Of a stretch of DNA of 56,591 nt, positions 50,001 through 56,591 are shown piece by piece (within the stretch, counting starts at the first letter, position 1; each line of letters begins with the position of its first letter). Origin of the DNA: Bacteroidia bacterium (GTDB lineage Bacteria > Bacteroidota > Bacteroidia > Bacteroidales > F082); assembly GCA_030537295.1 (NCBI GenBank), contig JAUNNU010000002.1, forward strand, positions 1 to 56,591, given 5' to 3'. The notes beneath the pieces are model-generated. The model did not search any database. It was not told where the DNA came from and saw only the letters and a list, made by a program, of their open reading frames with translations. A program made the position numbers and the translations under genes.

Positions 50001-50121
50001 CAAAGAAACTTTGAAAAGCGTAATCGAAAATTATCCAGATGACGAACATAAAAACGAGATTGTAGAATCGGCACAGCTGAAACTCGCTGAAATTGAAAAA
50101 GACGAAAACAAAGAAGATTAA
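47092..50121 (+). CDS. Large secreted tetratricopeptide-repeat protein
   Basis: 1009 aa with a signal peptide and many A/Y/N-rich TPR-like helical repeats. Confidence 0.8.
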   Translation: MTTMKRILASLTFFLITTYSLSAQKRLAQYEPEAIFNEAKILFENKNYGSATELFHQYLEAAADNENRHTVEAKFYEAVGSAYIGEGQQLILNFVHENPASILATKANLLYANMLLENKKYRDAIKIYESINPGMLSGEEKSEYNFKKAISLYQVNDVTEATPLFHDAALKESAYQDDARYYYAHIQYLDKNYDEAKKYFKLIENTPKYKDIVPNYMMQMNFSGGDFSAVTNNADNALANADKGRKGELAMMIAEAWYQQRNFTKALDYYNIAKENMKRAFPREVEFRIGFCKMKAADYNAAIGHFQNATRKNDDELGQFGSYYMAQCYIETHQEKFARNAFLAAYKSGFDREMSEDALFNYAKLSFIPGVDPFNDAVTQLNDFLDKNPQSKRADEARLIVVHLLLNAKDYNKALLALERYNKMDAEMEKIYAQLTYNIAVQSYSNKDYDNAIVYFNKTIKSGCVSDNLRADATYWLADAYLQKKDIDNAEKNLLAFIKMPAAERSEMFPISYYNFGYIAYQKGDFADAAKEFAYFVNKNDVEKSYESDAWMRIGDCYFMSKNYNKAISAYGNASKLDSKNADYAMFQTGMGYGALGDMNSKVNSMNTLCENHKNSSFYDRALYEIGMAHLGANDERSAINAFDRLVKERPRSSFARQGLMKIGMLYYNNDQYEQALTSLQKVVKDHPNTEEAREAINIIRSIFMETNRTQEFFEFAYDCGINTSVSEKDSIAFRTAERFFQEGNYDEAFNAAKKYIEHNKKGAYLLKVNYFALTSLEKTGRANETKPYLEYIISQPDNDYTDNSLLKLAKMEFDANDFSKANSYCARLLNITENQKIKTEALEKSMICEYKLGNYQKAIEAGNSLATMDLTQTQKNMMNHAVGMSMFHLKDYVSAAIKLETCARNDRTETGAEAAYHDVLANWNMKEIDKTESKVFYISDNFGNYNYLVAKSFLVLSDVYIAKGNSFQAKETLKSVIENYPDDEHKNEIVESAQLKLAEIEKDENKED

Positions 50122-50145
50122 TCATTTCTAAAGAATAAAATAAAA

Positions 50146-51816
50146 ATGAAAAATATTTCAAAATCACTGATTATAAGCATTTTGGCACTGACAATGAGTT
50201 TCGGCTTAAATGCGCAGGAACACAACGAGCAAGTGACAGTTGAAGGTTCGTACCGACCACAAATCAAACGTTCCGAACGACTCGTGAAAAACCCAGAAAC
50301 ACCAAGAAACAATTTCAACATCCCCGAATACAAGGCCAGCACAAAAGACTTCGACTACGGCTACGACTTGGAAATGGAGACGATGAGCGCGTTGCAATAC
50401 AAACCCTCACAGGATTCTGACATCAAAGGCAACATGCTCAAGGCGGCTTTCGGAACGAGACTGTCGCCGGTTTTCTCGTACCACCATTATTCAGACCTGT
50501 CAAAAACAATGAGCCTGAAAGTCGGCATCGACCATTATTCAACATGGCTCGACCAAAAAGACTACAAAAGATCAACATTTATGAACAACGGCGCAAACAT
50601 CGTGACCACCAATAAATTCAAGGCAGGACAACTCGGCATCTTCGGCAATTACCATTACGATATGTATCATTTGCGTTCCTACGACGATAATCTTGGCAAC
50701 GAGATAACAAACGACAACGGCCGCAACATCCATTCTCTGAAGGCTGGGGCGAAATGGACCTCCGTCGGGACAAGCTACAGACAACTGTATCAAGAATACA
50801 GCGGCGACTACCATTACGCCGGAATCGCGGGCGGGACCAATGAAAACCAAGTAAACGTGAACGCCCACCTCGCCTACTCCGACAGCTGGATTGGCAAAAA
50901 GAGCATCGATAACTTACAGACAATCAACGTGGATTTTGGCGCCAACTTCGATTACGTTTACAAAAGCCAGTTCATGATCGGGCTGAAACCGAACTTCACC
51001 ATGAACGGCGAATTTTACGGGCTGAAGCTCGGCTTTAACGTTGATTTCAAGACTGACGAGAAAGTCGGTTTTTACCCCGACATCAAAGGCAGTTTCCTTC
51101 TGTTTAACAAAGACTTAGAACTCTTCGCGAAACTCGGCGGCTGTTCGAGAATCAACACTTTCGAATCCATCGTCAAAGAAAATCCGTTTGTGACCACAGA
51201 CTTCACATATCTGAGCGATTTCGGCTATGAGAAAAACTCCTTTGACTTTGATTTCGGTGCCAAGATGAACATTTTCAACATCTTGGACTTGTACATCGGA
51301 GGCAGATACCGCATCATGGAAAATGGCTTGTTCTACATTCCCGACTGTGACTTTTACGCAAATTACGACAAAGACGATGCCATTTATCATTTGCAGGCCT
51401 TCGACGTGACTTTCATGGACTACAACCTTTGGAAATTCATGTTTGACGTGAACTGGAAAATCAACGATGACGCCAACGCCTCGTTGTCGATGACATTCAA
51501 CAACTATTCGATTTCGCGCGCCTGGTACAAGCCGGCATTCGAGCTGACTCTCGGCGGCGACTACCGTCTCGACGACGCCTGGAAATTCAACGCCTCGGCA
51601 CTTGTCATGGGCAAACGCTGGGCCTTGGACGAAAACGCCCAGGAAATTGAATTGAAAACCGCATTCGACATTCAACTTGGAGCTGATTATCAATTTAATA
51701 AAGACCTTGCCGCCTTTGCGGAGATTCATAATCTCATCCACAACAAATACCAGCTTTACTATAATTATCCGAGCATGGGATTCGAATTGTTTTTAGGTTT
51801 GAAATATAAGTTTTAG
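50146..51816 (+). CDS. Predicted outer-membrane beta-barrel protein
   Basis: 556 aa with a signal peptide, alternating aromatic / polar strand patterns and the C-terminal motif LGLKYKF. Confidence 0.65.
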   Translation: MKNISKSLIISILALTMSFGLNAQEHNEQVTVEGSYRPQIKRSERLVKNPETPRNNFNIPEYKASTKDFDYGYDLEMETMSALQYKPSQDSDIKGNMLKAAFGTRLSPVFSYHHYSDLSKTMSLKVGIDHYSTWLDQKDYKRSTFMNNGANIVTTNKFKAGQLGIFGNYHYDMYHLRSYDDNLGNEITNDNGRNIHSLKAGAKWTSVGTSYRQLYQEYSGDYHYAGIAGGTNENQVNVNAHLAYSDSWIGKKSIDNLQTINVDFGANFDYVYKSQFMIGLKPNFTMNGEFYGLKLGFNVDFKTDEKVGFYPDIKGSFLLFNKDLELFAKLGGCSRINTFESIVKENPFVTTDFTYLSDFGYEKNSFDFDFGAKMNIFNILDLYIGGRYRIMENGLFYIPDCDFYANYDKDDAIYHLQAFDVTFMDYNLWKFMFDVNWKINDDANASLSMTFNNYSISRAWYKPAFELTLGGDYRLDDAWKFNASALVMGKRWALDENAQEIELKTAFDIQLGADYQFNKDLAAFAEIHNLIHNKYQLYYNYPSMGFELFLGLKYKF

Positions 51817-51862
51817 CATATTTTTAGTCACATTTTTTAATGTTTCTTAAAGAAAAATTTCT

Positions 51863-51870
51863 TATCTTTG
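51863..51870 (+). promoter_or_regulatory. -7 box TATCTTTG upstream of gyrB
   Basis: cttatctttgcacg, 46 nt before the ATG. Confidence 0.5.
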
Positions 51871-51912
51871 CACGCTTTTACAAATTTTGAACAAACAAGA
51901 AATTAAACATAA

Positions 51913-53883
<1,971 letters not shown>

Positions 53884-53914
53884 TTGTAAATATCTTATAA
53901 CATTTGACACGAGA

Positions 53915-53947
53915 GGAACGCCAAACCACGGTGTTCCTTTCTTTTTT
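53915..53947 (+). terminator. Intrinsic terminator after gyrB
   Basis: ggaacgcc-aaaccac-ggtgttcc followed by tttctttttt. Confidence 0.65.
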
Positions 53948-54017
53948 GCGTCTTTTCCAAATGTATTTGTAAAAAACAATTTACATAAAAATCCTTGACA
54001 TAAGTCATTGTTTATCT

Positions 54018-54025
54018 TAATTTTG
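54018..54025 (+). promoter_or_regulatory. -7 box TAATTTTG with a leader of about 115 nt before ORF 54146
   Basis: cttaattttgcatc, preceded by ttgaca about 20 nt upstream. Confidence 0.4.
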
Positions 54026-54145
54026 CATCATCAGGACTGAAAACAGGCCAACCTTTTACGACACTTTCGCAACGAGTGGCAGCGATGCAGTGACAAAATC
54101 GGTCATGTGAAGTTTTCTGAAAAATAAATTTTCAATTTATTAGAT

Positions 54146-54661
54146 ATGAACAAAGATGTAATTAAAAGCAATGTCCCGGAATATATTGAAACCAATCTTC
54201 AAAAAACAAATATAATGTTTAGGATACCGACGAAAAAAGATGTCGAACAACGTCCAATTCGCAGAATAATTGTTGAGAATGCGTATAGAAGGATTCTTTC
54301 TGATTTACAAGGGAATAATTACATCAGAAATGAATTTCTTGGTGAAAATGTTTACATACTTTTTAGAGAAAGTTACTTGAAAGCATCAAATAATGCAGTA
54401 AGAAACTGGCAAACAACTTACGCAATCCTGAAAATTTATGATGTGATAAGGTACGCTTCTACCGATGAGACTAATTTCAAATCAAAAGACATCAAAAAAG
54501 GAAGCCAAAGAAAAAACAAATATGTTGAACTAATCAAACTAAAATATTCATTTAAAAACGAAAGCAAAACATACCTGAACTTTGACGTTGAAGTCGTAAT
54601 CGGCAAAAAATCAAACGGAATGCATGTCCAATACAGCCTTGAATATATAAAAAACGGTTAG
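54146..54661 (+). CDS. Hypothetical basic protein, AT-rich gene
   Basis: 171-aa ORF. Lys / Asn / Ile-rich. I could not recognise any family with confidence. Confidence 0.5.
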   Translation: MNKDVIKSNVPEYIETNLQKTNIMFRIPTKKDVEQRPIRRIIVENAYRRILSDLQGNNYIRNEFLGENVYILFRESYLKASNNAVRNWQTTYAILKIYDVIRYASTDETNFKSKDIKKGSQRKNKYVELIKLKYSFKNESKTYLNFDVEVVIGKKSNGMHVQYSLEYIKNG

Positions 54662-54799
54662 TAAATCTATGCTACCGCCGATCTAACCGTTTGATACCCA
54701 AGCAATAAATCAAGTAATTATAAATCTACTTGATTTGTTGATGACACTGCAAAGATACTATGTTTTTTTTAATTAAGATATATTTTTAAATTTTTTTTC

Positions 54800-55444
54800 A
54801 TGACTAACAACCAAAACATTCTGCAACAGAAAATCAGCAGTCTTTTCAATGCCGGAATCGAGTGCTCACTGTTTTTCAAGAAAGAACATGAAGACGAGGC
54901 TTATTACATTTTCGGGAAGACCATCAACCTCGCCGCACAGCTTTATTTCGAGAATCTCCACAACCCCTTGTTCGGAGACATGACCGACAACGTGGGATTC
55001 GGAGAGCAATGCGAGTTGCATCTTTATATTGATGACATGCCCGAAGTCGTGAAAGTGTCGCTTTTCGAACTTCAATTTGACTATCTCAGCCTACTTCTCG
55101 ACAACCTGATGGCAAGAATCGTCAGTTGCCAAGAGACGCGAAGGATGCTCGTTGACACGCTGAACACAGCGAAACTGTTTAAGTATCTTGCAATTGACTC
55201 ATCCGGGAGGCCCGATGTCGTTGACAACACAATCTGCATATTATTGGAGCTTTATTGTCTTTCCGACAAGGAGAAAATAAGAGACACGCTCGTCTCATAT
55301 CTCACGGAACTTGATGAAATAAATTCATTTGACGAGATTTACGGCACCTTGAAAATCACGCCGGAACGTATCATCGACTTCGTTTATTTCTTCGAATACC
55401 TCGAAGTCAGCGGGAAAATCGAAGATTTTTTAAAGAAGGTGTGA
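54800..55444 (+). CDS. Hypothetical acidic protein
   Basis: 214-aa ORF. Helical and acidic composition, no recognisable motif. Confidence 0.55.
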   Translation: MTNNQNILQQKISSLFNAGIECSLFFKKEHEDEAYYIFGKTINLAAQLYFENLHNPLFGDMTDNVGFGEQCELHLYIDDMPEVVKVSLFELQFDYLSLLLDNLMARIVSCQETRRMLVDTLNTAKLFKYLAIDSSGRPDVVDNTICILLELYCLSDKEKIRDTLVSYLTELDEINSFDEIYGTLKITPERIIDFVYFFEYLEVSGKIEDFLKKV

Positions 55445-55498
55445 AAAATAATGACCTTAGATCAAATTAAATTCGAGATTGTGAAATAAGCGAGTTGT

Positions 55499-56386
55499 TC
55501 AGTTGCATTTGCCTCCGTTTACAATGACGAAATGGTTTTGCCCGGCACTGCACGTGTCAAGATAACTGCACAATGCTTCCGTAAACCTGCGGGAACCAAC
55601 CTCGTTCAGATGTGTAAGATCATGCATGAGCAATGAGTCGCTGTCATTGATGCAAACGGTATCAAATATTCCGTTTGAGTATTTGTCGCAGATTTTTTGC
55701 CTCACGCTGTCAATAACGTTTTTGTAAGAAGACGCCGATGAAACCTCGAACAATTCGCTGTAGTATGGAAACTCGACAAATGTCACATTGCAGTGTTTGC
55801 TCATGAGAATATCAAGACCTGTTTTGTATAATTCCACTTTATCACCGAAAAAAGAAGGCTCTTTGTCGTAAAGTCTGGCAAATCCACTCAACGGCTCTGC
55901 AAGAATAATTGTGTCGCAATATTCATATTGAGGATGAGACCTGTTAAAGGTGTTCTTGACAGATTCAAATCTGTTATTCTTGACAATTTCGATTATTTCC
56001 TTAACTGAATAATTATGTTTCCAAAGCTCAACGAGCATCCTGACATCTGTCCCGGAGCGGTTGTTGTCTGATGTCTTTTTTCTGAGAAGACAGCATTGAG
56101 AAAACCCAATTACGCAATTCGTGCTGTCAGGAGCATTATTTGCGAACACCAAAAAATCATAAACGCCAGCGCCATGCGCAGCCGTGGTTTTCACTGTTAC
56201 ATTTTGTATTCTTGAAAACATGTCTGGATTCACACCTCGTACTGTTTGCGAATCGCCCCAAAAATAGGTCGCATTCCTGTCAAAGGAAAATTTTGGCTCT
56301 CCGCAATACAATATTGTAACAATCACAATTGCCGGTGTTATTGTGAAAAACAGGAATATTGTTAATTGCTTGATAAATTTTTTCAT
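55499..56386 (-). CDS. SGNH / AlgX-AlgJ-like membrane-anchored protein (putative O-acetyltransferase partner)
   Basis: Has an N-terminal TM, FWGDSQT (GDS block I) and DLTHLN (DxxH block V). It lies 2 nt downstream of an MBOAT-like ORF. Confidence 0.6.
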   Translation of the reverse strand: MKKFIKQLTIFLFFTITPAIVIVTILYCGEPKFSFDRNATYFWGDSQTVRGVNPDMFSRIQNVTVKTTAAHGAGVYDFLVFANNAPDSTNCVIGFSQCCLLRKKTSDNNRSGTDVRMLVELWKHNYSVKEIIEIVKNNRFESVKNTFNRSHPQYEYCDTIILAEPLSGFARLYDKEPSFFGDKVELYKTGLDILMSKHCNVTFVEFPYYSELFEVSSASSYKNVIDSVRQKICDKYSNGIFDTVCINDSDSLLMHDLTHLNEVGSRRFTEALCSYLDTCSAGQNHFVIVNGGKCN

Positions 56387-56388
56387 GT

Positions 56389-56591
56389 TTAAAATTGAAA
56401 ATAAATAAATTCTTCGGTTTCACCACCAAAATACAACATAATATATATTAAAGCGATGTAAATGAACCATCTTATGACTTTGTTTTTAATTCGTATTTGA
56501 TTCAGCCCATGCTGCTTGTTTCTGCTTACCCACTCAACAACAAGCATAATGATAATGAATAAGTTAGTTGGCCAACACAACAGTCTGTTTG
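56389..56591 (-). CDS. C-terminal part of an MBOAT-family (AlgI / DltB-like) membrane O-acyltransferase; the gene continues beyond the window
   Basis: A hydrophobic C-terminus ending FIYFQF, and pairing with the SGNH-like gene. Confidence 0.55.
   Translation of the reverse strand, partial: NRLLCWPTNLFIIIMLVVEWVSRNKQHGLNQIRIKNKVIRWFIYIALIYIMLYFGGETEEFIYFQF

Noticed and set aside
54750-54757. A minus-strand TATCTTTG box that could drive an antisense RNA into ORF 54146-54661
   Set aside because: The 8-mer consensus is expected many times by chance in an AT-rich 56-kb window. There is no supporting terminator or structure.

Overview
This 56.6 kb window reads as a Bacteroidales chromosome segment. 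The taxon is inferred from recurrent TAnnTTTG promoter boxes, a GGGP-synthase homolog and the gene content. The region is close to dnaA (41.5-43.0 kb) and gyrB (51.9-53.9 kb).

Positions 1 to about 8200 are the right arm of an integrated phage-like element. It carries a lysis cassette on the + strand (GH24 lysozyme, a single-TM protein and an out-of-frame overlapping ORF). On the - strand, converging on it, is a translationally coupled integrase / unknown / 2x excisionase-type HTH / primase-polymerase / PriCT-DUF3987 module.

The rest is mostly housekeeping:
- pcrB-like GGGPS, DPP-IV, tRNA-Ala(GGC)
- a carboxylase-alpha / acyl-CoA dehydrogenase / ptb / buk operon
- rlmN, leuS, rsfS, ftsH, valS, a POT transporter, dnaA, prmC, rnpB, gyrB

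Two accessory patches interrupt it:
- a decayed islet at 13.4-17.4 kb, with IS fragments, an internally deleted IS982 and one intact Ntn-hydrolase lipoprotein
- a stretch after gyrB (about 53.95-56.6 kb) that looks AT-richer by eye, holding two unrecognisable ORFs and an MBOAT/SGNH pair

Main leads:
1. A compact PqqD-like / HprK-like P-loop / S24-S26-peptidase operon (24337-25914) with no recognisable precursor or maturase.
2. An in-frame insertion of about 105 aa, DUF559/Vsr-like, inside LeuRS.
3. A dispersed family of 8-10 bp periodic word repeats at gene 3' ends. They also occur inside a CDS and at a truncated birA.
4. The architecture of the phage-like element: a candidate unimolecular spanin, a promoter-driven structured region and a nested palindromic operator.

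All calls come from reading the sequence and ORF translations. No database search, GC calculation or RNA folding was run.
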